Positions 1-9,037 of a stretch of 64,000 nucleotides of DNA are shown piece after piece. Numbering within the stretch: the first letter of the stretch is position 1; every line of letters starts with the position of its first letter. The notes beneath the pieces were generated by a model, which did no database searches, had not been told where the DNA came from, and saw only the letters and a program-made list of their open reading frames with translations. The stretch is taken from assembly GCA_963828195.1 (NCBI GenBank), contig CAWHDT010000004.1, forward strand, positions 1 to 64,000, given 5' to 3'. Both the position numbers and the translations under genes were made by a program. Source of the stretch: Candidatus Bathyarchaeota archaeon. GTDB lineage: Archaea > Thermoproteota > Bathyarchaeia > Bathyarchaeales > Bathycorpusculaceae.

Positions 1-146
1 TGCGTCCAGGTAGTGTCTGAAGTGATTATGCCCGTGACGTTTGTACCGCTTTGAGCCGTGCTTAAATGCACAGTAACAACGAAAGCTAAACCGCTCACCA
101 TAAGGGCTATCAAAAATAAGCTTAAGAAGGCTCTCTTGTTTGCCAT
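1..146 (-). CDS. Secreted protein, N-terminal fragment (runs off window edge); probably beta-helix/NosD-like surface protein
   Basis: Not in ORF track. Manual translation from ATG at 146 gives MANKRAFLSLFLIALMVSGLAFVVTVHLSTAQSGTNVTGIITSDTTWT: a classic signal peptide followed by an ITSDTTWT motif common at the start of archaeal beta-helix surface proteins. Confidence 0.7.
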   Translation of the reverse strand, partial: MANKRAFLSLFLIALMVSGLAFVVTVHLSTAQSGTNVTGIITSDTTWT

Positions 147-385
147 AGAAGGTCAAGTAACAGTAATGCACAAGCACTTAAGAAAGTTCTTGTCAAGATT
201 TGTTTACATAAGATTCCTTAACAAACTTTTCACCATTCCAAATAAATCAACCCACTATCTAAGAGTGCGTATAACGCCAAAAACAAGATTTTTTGTTTAA
301 TAAGAATTAAGGAAATTAACAATCTGCCATCGCACATAGGACAAAACCAAGTCATAATCTCCAGTAGGGCTTAGTCAAGAAAGTT

Positions 386-397
386 TGACTATAGTCA
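386..397. promoter_or_regulatory. Perfect 12-bp palindrome TGACTATAGTCA between two AGTCAAGAAA direct repeats
   Basis: Seen directly in the divergent intergenic region upstream of 452; function unknown. Confidence 0.35.
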
Positions 398-451
398 GTC
401 AAGAAACTTTTACGAACACCCTTTTATCGCAAGCCTTTCTTAACCTTAAGT

Positions 452-1288
452 ATGAATAGCGCAAACAAGGGCTTTTCGGTACTTATCATTGTTCTCTTTA
501 TAGTTTCAAGCCTAATTATGATTAAACCTGCAAATGCTCAGTCAATCCCTAAACCCTCTGTTCCAACATTCACCGTGAAGTATGTTGATAACTCATATGA
601 TGTACCACCCGTAACTACCACTACAACAGACCCATATACAGGGGAAAACCAAACTGTTACTATCCAAGATGGTTATCATGTAGATAATAGGACAATGATA
701 TTCAACATTAAGAATCAACCTTTTACATCCTATAATGATTCAAGCGGCAACTACATTGATTTTTACTACAATTTTAGATACAAGGGGCATTTTGGAACTG
801 AGTGGTCATATTACCCTTTTAACCCCAGCGGAGTATCAAATGGTTTCTACGGTGGAATTGACTTTATACCATTCACCTATTATCCTGCTTCAAATTATGA
901 ATTCACGGTTACATCAATCAATATTAATACATTATCTATTCCTGATAACGGTCAGGTCGATTTTCAAGTACAAGCACAATTGGGATACATAACAGATACA
1001 TCAAGTGCTTATGCAAGCAGAGTTTTTGGGGCTGTTTACAATTTTACTGGTGAATCAAGCGATTGGAGCAATACACAGACGGTCACCATAGGTCAAACTT
1101 CCACTTCTCCATTGACTTCACCAAACCAAACGCTTTCACCAGCACCTACTTCCACACCAACCGTTCCAGAGTTCCCAGCCTTAGCAGTTTTACCCCTGCC
1201 ATTCTCCGCGCTTTTTGTGGCGGCTACCCTTAGTCATCGAAAGAGCTCTCATTCAAGTCAGCAAATCGTTTCCTATGGTCGGGCATAA
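452..1288 (+). CDS. Secreted surface protein with PEF-CTERM-like C-terminal sorting signal
   Basis: Signal peptide ending ANA-Q, IPKPSVPTFTVK start of mature domain, S/T/P linker, then VPEFP + hydrophobic stretch + HRK. Confidence 0.8.
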   Translation: MNSANKGFSVLIIVLFIVSSLIMIKPANAQSIPKPSVPTFTVKYVDNSYDVPPVTTTTTDPYTGENQTVTIQDGYHVDNRTMIFNIKNQPFTSYNDSSGNYIDFYYNFRYKGHFGTEWSYYPFNPSGVSNGFYGGIDFIPFTYYPASNYEFTVTSININTLSIPDNGQVDFQVQAQLGYITDTSSAYASRVFGAVYNFTGESSDWSNTQTVTIGQTSTSPLTSPNQTLSPAPTSTPTVPEFPALAVLPLPFSALFVAATLSHRKSSHSSQQIVSYGRA

Positions 1289-1291
1289 AAT

Positions 1292-2230
1292 ATGGTTAAT
1301 ATGAGCAAGTGTTCATCATTGCTTCTTATTCTTGTTCTAGCCGTGTCAAGCCTAACTGTAATATTAGCAACCGTACCTTTTGGGTCAGCCCAAACCGGCA
1401 ACACTTCTGCCTCCGCGCCCTCAATCCAGTGGCAAAAAGAATGCAGCGATAGTGGAACTGAATATGTATCCAATTTGATTCAAACAAATGACGGTGGGTA
1501 TGCCTTCTTGGATTTAGGCTGGTATGGTCAATTTACCTTTGTACCCTCCACATTCTACAAGTTGAACTCTTCAGGTGACGTGCAATGGACTAAAACTATA
1601 GATTCCTTCACAGCATCGAGCCTTATTCAAACAAGTGATGGCGGATATGAAATATTTGGTTATTGGGCTAACGACGTTAGCAACGTTGGTGTTGGAGGAT
1701 TTGTTTCAACCGTCCTTAAAACCGACTCTGAGGGAAACATACAATGGCGTGAAAATTACAATATTTCTGAACCCCAAATATACCCAAACGTAGTCAATGC
1801 CTCATTAAAGATTCAGACCAGCGATGGAGGGTTCGCCTCCTTATCATCACACTATAATAGAATTATTAAAACCGATTCAAATGGCAACCAACAGTGGGCA
1901 ATGAATTTGGTGTTTCCAACTGTTGGTGGAAACGAATATACTGGCTATTGGACGTCTATAATTGAAACGCAAGATGGAGCATTGGCAGTGATTGGCGTCG
2001 GAACACTTGGTAACCCCATGGGCGGCAATATTTACTTAATGAAAACAGAAGCATTTCTGCCTTTACCCTCCCAAACTCCGTTGCCAACCCCAATGAAAAC
2101 ACCTATACCAGCTTTAGAAACCGTGGTCATAACTGTTGCTTTAACGGTGGTTGCGGTTGTTGGTGTGAGTGTTGGTTTGTTAGTTTATAGGAATTATCGA
2201 AAGAAGCAACTTGGCGCCCTCAAAACTTGA
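1292..2230 (+). CDS. Secreted, C-terminally anchored protein with IQTxDGGY beta-propeller-type repeats
   Basis: Signal peptide; repeated IQTNDGGY/IQTSDGGY/IQTSDGGF/IETQDGAL and KTDSxGNxQW motifs; P/T linker, TM helix and basic tail. Confidence 0.8.
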   Translation: MVNMSKCSSLLLILVLAVSSLTVILATVPFGSAQTGNTSASAPSIQWQKECSDSGTEYVSNLIQTNDGGYAFLDLGWYGQFTFVPSTFYKLNSSGDVQWTKTIDSFTASSLIQTSDGGYEIFGYWANDVSNVGVGGFVSTVLKTDSEGNIQWRENYNISEPQIYPNVVNASLKIQTSDGGFASLSSHYNRIIKTDSNGNQQWAMNLVFPTVGGNEYTGYWTSIIETQDGALAVIGVGTLGNPMGGNIYLMKTEAFLPLPSQTPLPTPMKTPIPALETVVITVALTVVAVVGVSVGLLVYRNYRKKQLGALKT

Positions 2231-2308
2231 CTGTTGTTGCTTGCAGGGCAATTTTGGCTTGAGAAGTGGCTTTTGGTGTAGTATAGTATACGTATTTCTG
2301 ATGTTTTG

Positions 2309-2324
2309 GTTTACTATAGTAAAC
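2309..2324. promoter_or_regulatory. Perfect 16-bp palindrome GTTTACTATAGTAAAC
   Basis: Seen directly; shares the ACTATAGT core with the palindrome at 386-397. Confidence 0.35.
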
Positions 2325-2538
2325 GAGTGTGGCTTCAATTGGAGACTTCTGATGCGGAGTTGAGCTGTGGAAAAATTTGGAAATCCATTCCTAAGTGCCT
2401 TCTGGATTTGGCACTATAAGCGCTACGTCTTTGCTGCCGCTTTATATAGGGATTTTACGGAACCCTGAGGACTTAAAGCTTGAACTTAAGCTCTAAACCA
2501 TAAAATCAACCTTAAATAAGCCCTGCACAGAAATCCGC

Positions 2539-2703
2539 CTACCTATAGACCTACCTACTATTTGTGCCAAAAAAACGCCACAAAAAGCAACAGGCAGAAG
2601 AAGAAAAACCGTTTTTTGAGGCTTCTTCTTCTTTTGAATAAAATATTGCGAAGAAGAACAACATTCATTTTTTAGGTGTTGTTGTTCTTTCAAAAATGAA
2701 AAT
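2539..2703 (+). repeat. Dispersed intergenic double-hairpin element, full copy 1
   Basis: CTACCTATAGACCTACCTACTATTTG leader identical to 33089; hairpin A AGAAGAAGAA(2596-2605)/TTCTTCTTCT(2623-2632); hairpin B AAGAACAACA(2654-2663)/TGTTGTTCTT(2680-2689). Confidence 0.85.
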
Positions 2704-2906
2704 TCACTGCGAAATTCAGCTGCGAAAACGCATCTAAAAACTCGAAACCTCCCCGCCCCACTATTAACAACCCACGTCAACAAGTAAATAGCAAAGAAAA
2801 GCCAGTGCTCAATCGCAAACGCTCATTGCTGCGCAAACATACGCCCGAAGGGTTCGAGTTCCTTAAATATCAAGGGATTTATTGTCTATTTTACGGAGTA
2901 CTCAGT

Positions 2907-3596
2907 TTGACTGAAAAACAGGAGTGGCAGCATCTCTACATGCTTCTTAAGCTTGCGGAGATGGGTGCTTACCGCCGCACCGCCAAAATCTCAACCGAGT
3001 TCCTGGCGGGCAAACTTGGGATTTCTCAGCAAACCGCCTCCCGTTACCTGATTGAGCTTGAACGCAAAGGTTGGATTCAGAGAAACATTACTCCTGAGGG
3101 CAGCTTGATTAAGATTGAAGAGGCGGGAAGCAAAGAGCTGCAGAAGCTTTATTCTAACCTGAAGTTTCTGGTTGAAAAATCGTATCCGCCGTCGGTGACT
3201 TTGGAGGGAACAGTTTTCACGGGTTTAGGCGAAGGCGCATACTACATTGCAAAGGAGCCTTACCGGAAACAGTTAACTGAAAAACTGGGTTTTGAACCGT
3301 ACCCAGGCACGCTTAACCTTAAACTGTCAAGCGACTACGACATTAAAACACGCATGGAAATAGAGGCGTACCCAGCCATAGAGATTCCAGGGTTCAAAAA
3401 CGAAGACCGCAGCTTCGGACTAGTGAAGTGCTACCCCGCCGTCATCGACAATAAGGTAAAAGGCGCTTTGGTAACGGCGCTGCGAAGTCACTATGACGTT
3501 TCTGTTTTGGAGATAATTGCGCCAGTGTGCCTCAGAAAACAGCTGAACCTCAAAGACGGCAACACAGTGAAAACAGAAATCTACATCGTCCCGTAG
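2907..3596 (+). CDS. ribK: CTP-dependent riboflavin kinase with N-terminal winged HTH (RbkR-type regulator)
   Basis: wHTH (LGISQQTASRYLIELERKGWI) plus GxVFTGLGEGAYY, PYPGTLN and LEIIAP motifs. Likely start is TTG at 2907 (ORF track extends to 2805). Confidence 0.93.
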   Translation: MTEKQEWQHLYMLLKLAEMGAYRRTAKISTEFLAGKLGISQQTASRYLIELERKGWIQRNITPEGSLIKIEEAGSKELQKLYSNLKFLVEKSYPPSVTLEGTVFTGLGEGAYYIAKEPYRKQLTEKLGFEPYPGTLNLKLSSDYDIKTRMEIEAYPAIEIPGFKNEDRSFGLVKCYPAVIDNKVKGALVTALRSHYDVSVLEIIAPVCLRKQLNLKDGNTVKTEIYIVP

Positions 3597-3605
3597 GCTA
3601 AAGGG

Positions 3606-4220
3606 CTAAAACGGGAAAATCGGGTGCTTGTACTTAACTGAATACTGCTCTTGCGGTTTACGCATTGAACCTAAAATGTAGCCAGCAAGCAAACCGAAAC
3701 CTAACCCGCCTATATGAGCCAAATCATTCACGCCTGGTCCGGAGCTGATGATGAGCAGGAAGAACGCATAAACTAACGCAGCAATCAAAGATTGCCTAAC
3801 TGAGCGCCCATTATAAATCACAACAGCCCCGAACAAAGCAAAAATCGCGCCTGAAGCCCCCACGGACAGCAAGTTTGGTCCAAACGCCAAGGACAAAACG
3901 TTGCCCGCTAAGCCTCCGAAAAGGTAGATTCCTACGTATTCGGGTAGAGAAAACATTTCTTCTCCGCGCAAGCCGAAGATGAAGAGAAAAAGCATGTTGC
4001 CGCCGATGTGCTCTATTGAAGCATGGATAAACATGGATGTGAGGAGTTGGTAGTACCAGCCGTGGAACACAAGATAGTTGTATTGGCCGTACTGGAGCAT
4101 GATGTTGTAGTTTGTGCTGAGCCAGTTTCCGCCGGCGATGGAGGTGTAAATGTAGACGGCGACGTTTATGGCGATTAGAATGTACGTGGGCTTATACTTT
4201 ACACAATTCATGACGCACAA
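3606..4220 (-). CDS. Rhomboid family intramembrane serine protease
   Basis: HIGGNML, GASGAIF (catalytic Ser) and AHIGG (catalytic His) motifs. Confidence 0.93.
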   Translation of the reverse strand: MCVMNCVKYKPTYILIAINVAVYIYTSIAGGNWLSTNYNIMLQYGQYNYLVFHGWYYQLLTSMFIHASIEHIGGNMLFLFIFGLRGEEMFSLPEYVGIYLFGGLAGNVLSLAFGPNLLSVGASGAIFALFGAVVIYNGRSVRQSLIAALVYAFFLLIISSGPGVNDLAHIGGLGFGLLAGYILGSMRKPQEQYSVKYKHPIFPF

Positions 4221-4225
4221 CCGGT

Positions 4226-4687
4226 TTAACTGGCAAGTTTATCGATTATTTTCTGTTTAATCTTTGATGAACTATCTAAAGAGTTTTCTCCAAACTTGCC
4301 GATCCTGACAACTTTAATGTTCACTTTGTGCTTATCCACGTAACTGCACACTGCTTTTTCCATCTCTGCCTGGTCGTACCCTAAAGCAATCACGTCAGGC
4401 TTAATGTCCTCGATTACTTCGCCGATGCCAAGGTTCTCGTACCCAAGCACCGCTTTATCCACCACTTTGAGCGATTCAACCAGTGCAAGGCGCTGATCCT
4501 CAGACATTATGGGTTTTCTGCCTTTAGTTTTCTCAACTGTGATGTCCCTTGCAACAATAACCACTAACTGCGCGTTTTCTCCACCTGCCTTCTTGGCATC
4601 CTCCAAAAATTTAACATGCCCCAAATGAAGCAGGTCGAACACGCCTGAGGCTAAGACAACTTTTTTCTCTGCTGGTTTGTTGGCCAT
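4226..4687 (-). CDS. ribL: FAD synthetase (RibL-type cytidylyltransferase family)
   Basis: GVFDLLHLGH nucleotidyltransferase motif, IALGYDQ, SSSKIK. Confidence 0.8.
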   Translation of the reverse strand: MANKPAEKKVVLASGVFDLLHLGHVKFLEDAKKAGGENAQLVVIVARDITVEKTKGRKPIMSEDQRLALVESLKVVDKAVLGYENLGIGEVIEDIKPDVIALGYDQAEMEKAVCSYVDKHKVNIKVVRIGKFGENSLDSSSKIKQKIIDKLAS

Positions 4688-4938
4688 TCGAATTTCACAG
4701 CGCCCAATAGTCTTAAAGCGTCAAGAAGCCCTTCGCAGTAGGCAACCGAAGTTAAGCTGGTTTCAAGCTTGCCTTGACCCTTATAATACTTTGCATCCTC
4801 TAAATAATCTGAAGCCCAACTCAGAATATTAGCCAAAGATTCCTCTGAAACGCTGATGGGAGGTTTAGTTTTCTGCAGTTCTTTTAGCACTTTTTCTGCT
4901 GAAGAAATATATTTTGCAGTAAGCGCTTCTAAACTCAT
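4651..4938 (-). CDS. DUF357 domain protein
   Basis: YLEDAKYY...YCEGLLDALR motif; usual neighbour of dph5 in archaea. Confidence 0.85.
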   Translation of the reverse strand: MSLEALTAKYISSAEKVLKELQKTKPPISVSEESLANILSWASDYLEDAKYYKGQGKLETSLTSVAYCEGLLDALRLLGAVKFEWPTNQQRKKLS

Positions 4939-5735
4939 TTGGCAAGGCTCCTGAACTCGGAGGGCGCCCCAGCGAAAGCAATCAAGGATTCAATTTCCAT
5001 AAAATGCATGTCGCCTGGAAAAATCAAACTGTAAGGCGGCTCACCGAAATCAAAATTAACTAAATCCTTCACGAAGCCAGCTTTCAAAGTTGGGCTGTTG
5101 CTTCCCGCACGTGCAAGACCCACTGCCGCCGTTTTCGGTGTAATTACGCCTTTCTTGTTTTTCTTTTCCACTTCAAGCAGCAGGGTAATGGCCTGGTTGA
5201 TGCTTAAGAACTTCTTTTCGGCTGCCTTCAAATCAAGCAGGCAAAGGGTATGCAAACCCCCCGCTTTGTTTTGGGCGATGACGTTGTAGGGTGTCTCCGA
5301 AAAGTTTTCTGGGAAGGGAACGGTAACTGTTTTTCCAAACTTGTAATTGTGCAGTCCCGATAAGCTGATTATCGCTGAAATTATGGATGCGCCATGGATA
5401 ATCCGCGTTTTTATCCCCTGTTTCTCCGCGTCAATTCGCAAAGTGACGTGGGTAGTGGCTATGAATGGGTCGCCTGGAACAAGAAAGACCGCTTTGCCTT
5501 TTCTTGCGGCTTCAAGTATGACTGCTCCGTTTTCTTCTTCGAGTTCCCGTCTTGAAACCACTTGTACTTTTTTGCCGCATAACATTTCGAGACCTTGCAC
5601 GCTGAAGTCGGGCATGAGGCTGGTGTAGAGTTCCAAGAAAACATAGTCTGCAGTCTTTGTCTCTTCTAAACCCTTGACGCTTATGCCTTTTTCATCGTTT
5701 AAGCCTAAGCCTACGAAGACAAGTTCATTCAACAT
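4935..5735 (-). CDS. dph5: Diphthine synthase
   Basis: LVFVGLGL, FLELYTS, GDPFIATTH, YKFGKTVT and GLHTLCLLD motifs. Confidence 0.95.
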   Translation of the reverse strand: MLNELVFVGLGLNDEKGISVKGLEETKTADYVFLELYTSLMPDFSVQGLEMLCGKKVQVVSRRELEEENGAVILEAARKGKAVFLVPGDPFIATTHVTLRIDAEKQGIKTRIIHGASIISAIISLSGLHNYKFGKTVTVPFPENFSETPYNVIAQNKAGGLHTLCLLDLKAAEKKFLSINQAITLLLEVEKKNKKGVITPKTAAVGLARAGSNSPTLKAGFVKDLVNFDFGEPPYSLIFPGDMHFMEIESLIAFAGAPSEFRSLAK

Positions 5736-5766
5736 TGAGCCCCTGCAAGTAATCGAGGGTTAAAAC

Positions 5767-5982
5767 TTAAACCTTATTTCTCCTTGACTCGCCCTGCTTA
5801 ACTAGCTGGTTGTAGTAAACGCGGCAGGACTTCATTGAAATTCCCGTTCGTTCACAAAATACAGTAAGAATTTTTTCTACGGGTTCATCAGGCTTTTTCT
5901 CTTTAAGCGTTTCCTTTAGCTCTTGAATCATATGTTTATCGGTTTTATCGCTCATCCGCATTCTTCCTAGCTTGTAGAACAC
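5767..5982 (-). CDS. Small hypothetical protein, possibly HTH-like
   Basis: Co-oriented upstream of dph5; plausible ATG start at MSDKTD; helical, charged composition. Confidence 0.55.
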   Translation of the reverse strand: MFYKLGRMRMSDKTDKHMIQELKETLKEKKPDEPVEKILTVFCERTGISMKSCRVYYNQLVKQGESRRNKV

Positions 5983-6108
5983 CTTGTTTATTGTTGTTCT
6001 ACCTCAAAACTCTTCCCGTTTTTTGGATGGAGCATCCAACCAAACATTTATATCATTTAGTCAACGAGAAAACTACGCATTCAGCCTTGAGACGGGATTG
6101 AAGAATAA

Positions 6109-7245
6109 ATGAAGCCTGTTGACGAACTGGTTACAGATAACATGAAAAATCTTAAGCCATGCATCCATGGCGGAGAGGTTGCAGAGGCAGCAGGCAAGAG
6201 CGGTTTCAAGCGAGAAGAAATTTTAGATTTCAGTTCAAGCGTAAATCCGCTAGGTCCATCAAAAAAAGCGCTTGAAGCAGCAAAAAACAGTTTTAAAGAG
6301 ATCCCTTCGTATCCTGACTCAAATTCTAACGAGCTCCGACAAGCCATTGCAAGCCATTTTTATGGATTGAACAAAAATAATGTAGTTGTCGGCAACGGTT
6401 CAACGGAACTTATGTATTTGTTCGCTGAGGCTTTCCTCAAAAAAGGCGATGTAGCCCTTATTCCTGCGCCGACATTCGGGGAATACGAAAGTGCAGTTAG
6501 AAAAACTGGTCAAACACCGAAATTCGTAAAGCTTGACCGCAACTTCAACATTGACGCAGGCGCTTTTGAAGCGGAGATGTCGGCAGCAAAGATTGTTTTC
6601 TTATGTAACCCAAACAACCCGACCAGCATTCTTATTCCCAACGAAACTTTAACAGGCATGGTAGAGCGGGCTTTGGAGCAGGATACTCTTGTTTTTCTCG
6701 ACGAAGATTTTTTGGAGTTCGTGGAGAACGAAACAACTCTGTCAATGATAAACAAAGTGAAGAGTTATCCTAACCTGTTTATTTTGAGGTCTTTTACGAA
6801 AATTTTTGGTTTAACTGGTTTGCGGGTTGGCTACGGAATTGCCTCTGAAGAAATAATTAATGTGTTGCTGTGTGCGAAGATTCCTTGGAACGTTAATTGT
6901 TTAGCGCAGGCTGCCGCGGTCGCCGCCCTGAAAGATGAGGAGCATCTAATGGTGACTCGTGAGCTTATCAAAAAAGAGAAAACACAACTCTTAGGCGAAT
7001 TGGGGAAAATTAAGTCTTTTAAGATTTTTCCGCCTGACGCAAACTTTTTCTTTATTGACATCCGCAAATCAGGCTTAACGGCGACCGAATTGAAGAATAA
7101 ACTGCTAGGGCAGGGCATTTTGATTCGGGACTGCACCTCTTTCAGGGGACTTGACCAATACTTTATTCGTGTAGCCGTTAAAACCCATGTGGAGAATGAA
7201 CGGTTGATTGAAGCTTTGAAGCAGACCGTGAAGAATCAGAAATGA
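6109..7245 (+). CDS. cobD: L-threonine-O-3-phosphate decarboxylase (HisC-like PLP enzyme)
   Basis: HGG N-terminal motif, DFSSSVNPLG, CNPNNPT, RSFTKIFGLTGLRVGY, IRDC; directly upstream of cbiB. Confidence 0.85.
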   Translation: MKPVDELVTDNMKNLKPCIHGGEVAEAAGKSGFKREEILDFSSSVNPLGPSKKALEAAKNSFKEIPSYPDSNSNELRQAIASHFYGLNKNNVVVGNGSTELMYLFAEAFLKKGDVALIPAPTFGEYESAVRKTGQTPKFVKLDRNFNIDAGAFEAEMSAAKIVFLCNPNNPTSILIPNETLTGMVERALEQDTLVFLDEDFLEFVENETTLSMINKVKSYPNLFILRSFTKIFGLTGLRVGYGIASEEIINVLLCAKIPWNVNCLAQAAAVAALKDEEHLMVTRELIKKEKTQLLGELGKIKSFKIFPPDANFFFIDIRKSGLTATELKNKLLGQGILIRDCTSFRGLDQYFIRVAVKTHVENERLIEALKQTVKNQK

Positions 7246-7265
7246 CTATGTTTGAGTAGTGAACT

Positions 7266-8243
7266 ATGTTTTCTTTTGATTTCTCATGGTTTGTCGATTC
7301 CGCCCTGATTTTCATTTTGGCTTTTTTGATTGACGCAATATTAGGTGAGTACCCTGACAGGATTCACCCGACAATCGGGATCGGCAAAATAATCTCCTAC
7401 CTAAAACCAAAACTTAAAAACCCAAACCCTAAAACCGAAAAAGCAAACGGCGTCCTATTAGCTGTAGTCGTGATGTTGGTTGTAGCGATTCCTGTGTTTT
7501 TGCTGCTTTTCTGGCTTAGGCAATCTTTCGGGCTTTTTGGCCAAATCGCCTACATTATTGTTGGGGCGGTTTTGTTTAAGGCTACTTTTGCTGTGAAAGG
7601 CATGGGGCAGTATACCAAGCCCATTGCGGAGGCGCTGAAGAAGAAGGATTTGGCTGAAGCTCGGAAGTGGTTGCCCTACATTGTGCGGCGAGACCCCAAC
7701 ACGCTAAATGAGAAGCAGATCACTTCTGCCGCTGTGGAATCAATTGCGGAGAGCACCACAGATGGCATAACTGCGCCATTCTTCTTCTTCGCCATATTTG
7801 GCGTTCCAGGCGCTTTTGCCTACCGGGTCGTTAACACGTTGGATTCTATGGTTGGCTACAAGAACGAGGAAAACAAAAACATCGGCTGGTTCAGCGCAAA
7901 CCTCGATACCTTAGCCAACTATATCCCCGCCAGACTAACTGCTTACCTTATGGTTGCCGCCTCATTTTTGCTGAGGGAAAACTGGCGTGAGTCATGGCGC
8001 ATCTTGCAGAGGGACAAAGCAAAGACCATGAGTGTAAATGCGGGCTGGACAATCTCTGCAATGGCAGGTGCATTAGACACGCAACTAGAGAAACAGGGCC
8101 ACTACGCTTTAGGCGACGACCACGGCATCTCACCGGATCACGTCCCGAGGGCGCTGCGAGTAACGGCGTTGACTGCCGTACTATTTGGGATAGTGGTGGT
8201 TTTGCCAGTTTTGGCTCTACGAATCTACGTTGTTAGTCTATAA
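7266..8243 (+). CDS. cbiB: Adenosylcobinamide-phosphate synthase (copy 1)
   Basis: GEYP..IHP, ESIAES..DGI.AP, YRVVNTLDSMVGYK, NYIPARL, AMAGAL. Confidence 0.92.
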   Translation: MFSFDFSWFVDSALIFILAFLIDAILGEYPDRIHPTIGIGKIISYLKPKLKNPNPKTEKANGVLLAVVVMLVVAIPVFLLLFWLRQSFGLFGQIAYIIVGAVLFKATFAVKGMGQYTKPIAEALKKKDLAEARKWLPYIVRRDPNTLNEKQITSAAVESIAESTTDGITAPFFFFAIFGVPGAFAYRVVNTLDSMVGYKNEENKNIGWFSANLDTLANYIPARLTAYLMVAASFLLRENWRESWRILQRDKAKTMSVNAGWTISAMAGALDTQLEKQGHYALGDDHGISPDHVPRALRVTALTAVLFGIVVVLPVLALRIYVVSL

Positions 8244-8403
8244 CACTTGGAGCCGCATGGAAAAGTTATATGACACGAATAAACAATAATTAATAATCTC
8301 ATTGCCCGCTAATCCTTGTATTTAGTTGAAAATAAATTAATGCCAATTCTTTTAAAGCCATCATGCGCTAATTAAATTAGTTATAAATGAGCTGGTATCA
8401 GTT

Positions 8404-8919
8404 ATGGCTGAGAAAATAGCAATCGGAAGGGCAGTTTCTAAGAAAGAAGAAACATTAGAGCGAAGCGTATGGATTTTCCAAGGTAATCCACTAAAGTACG
8501 ACTTGTACAACTCCCTTTCTGACGAAAATCTCAAAGAGGACACTTGGTTAGTTAGTCGTTATCGAAATGAAATGCACATTGGCGACATTGCATTAATTTG
8601 GAAAGCGCGGTATGCGAGCGGAATTTACGCTGTAGGTGACATAGTAACTCATCCTCAAGAAATGTTTGATTTGCCAGAGTCAAGAAAATACTGGAAATTT
8701 CAGTCTGACCGAAACAAAAAAGCCCTCAGAGTGATTGTTCGTTATAAACTAAAATTGAAACTTATCAATGCGCTCTTTAGCAAAGAACTAAAGAAAATAT
8801 CGGGGCTTCAAAGTATGGAAATTTTTATACAACCACAGGGAACTAATTTTAGAGTTAAATCTTCAGAATGGCAGATAATCAGCGATTTACTAAAACAGAA
8901 ATACACCTTTGAAATTTAG
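8404..8919 (+). CDS. EVE domain protein (PUA-like)
   Basis: WIFQGNP..YD, W.VSRY...M..GD.ALIW, GIYAVG, QGTNF.V...EW motifs; visibly AT-rich DNA. Confidence 0.8.
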   Translation: MAEKIAIGRAVSKKEETLERSVWIFQGNPLKYDLYNSLSDENLKEDTWLVSRYRNEMHIGDIALIWKARYASGIYAVGDIVTHPQEMFDLPESRKYWKFQSDRNKKALRVIVRYKLKLKLINALFSKELKKISGLQSMEIFIQPQGTNFRVKSSEWQIISDLLKQKYTFEI

Positions 8920-9037
8920 TAATCTCTCAAAACCTTCAACATTGCAAAATAGGTAGTGTTCTCTCTTTTTTGTTTAAAATTAATTGTATAGTTTTTATTC
9001 TGGCGTAGCATCAATGTATTGCCACTGAGAGGGAACT

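Noticed and set aside
58-300. 80-aa plus-strand ORF and the many short antisense ORFs nested in long genes
   Set aside because: They overlap better-supported genes on the other strand or frame and lack motifs
2338-2349. 12-bp match ATTGGAGACTTC with ~18156
   Set aside because: Matches of this length are expected by chance in 64 kb
2539-2703. Repeat as a CRISPR array or classical IS/MITE
   Set aside because: Copies are dispersed rather than regularly spaced; no cas or transposase gene, terminal inverted repeats or target duplications seen
2493-2783. Minus-strand ORFs 2493-2783, 24902-25201 and 33101-33334 sharing peptide-like similarity (e.g. KEQQHL..CCSSS)
   Set aside because: The similarity comes from the non-coding hairpin repeat, read in different frames; not a protein family
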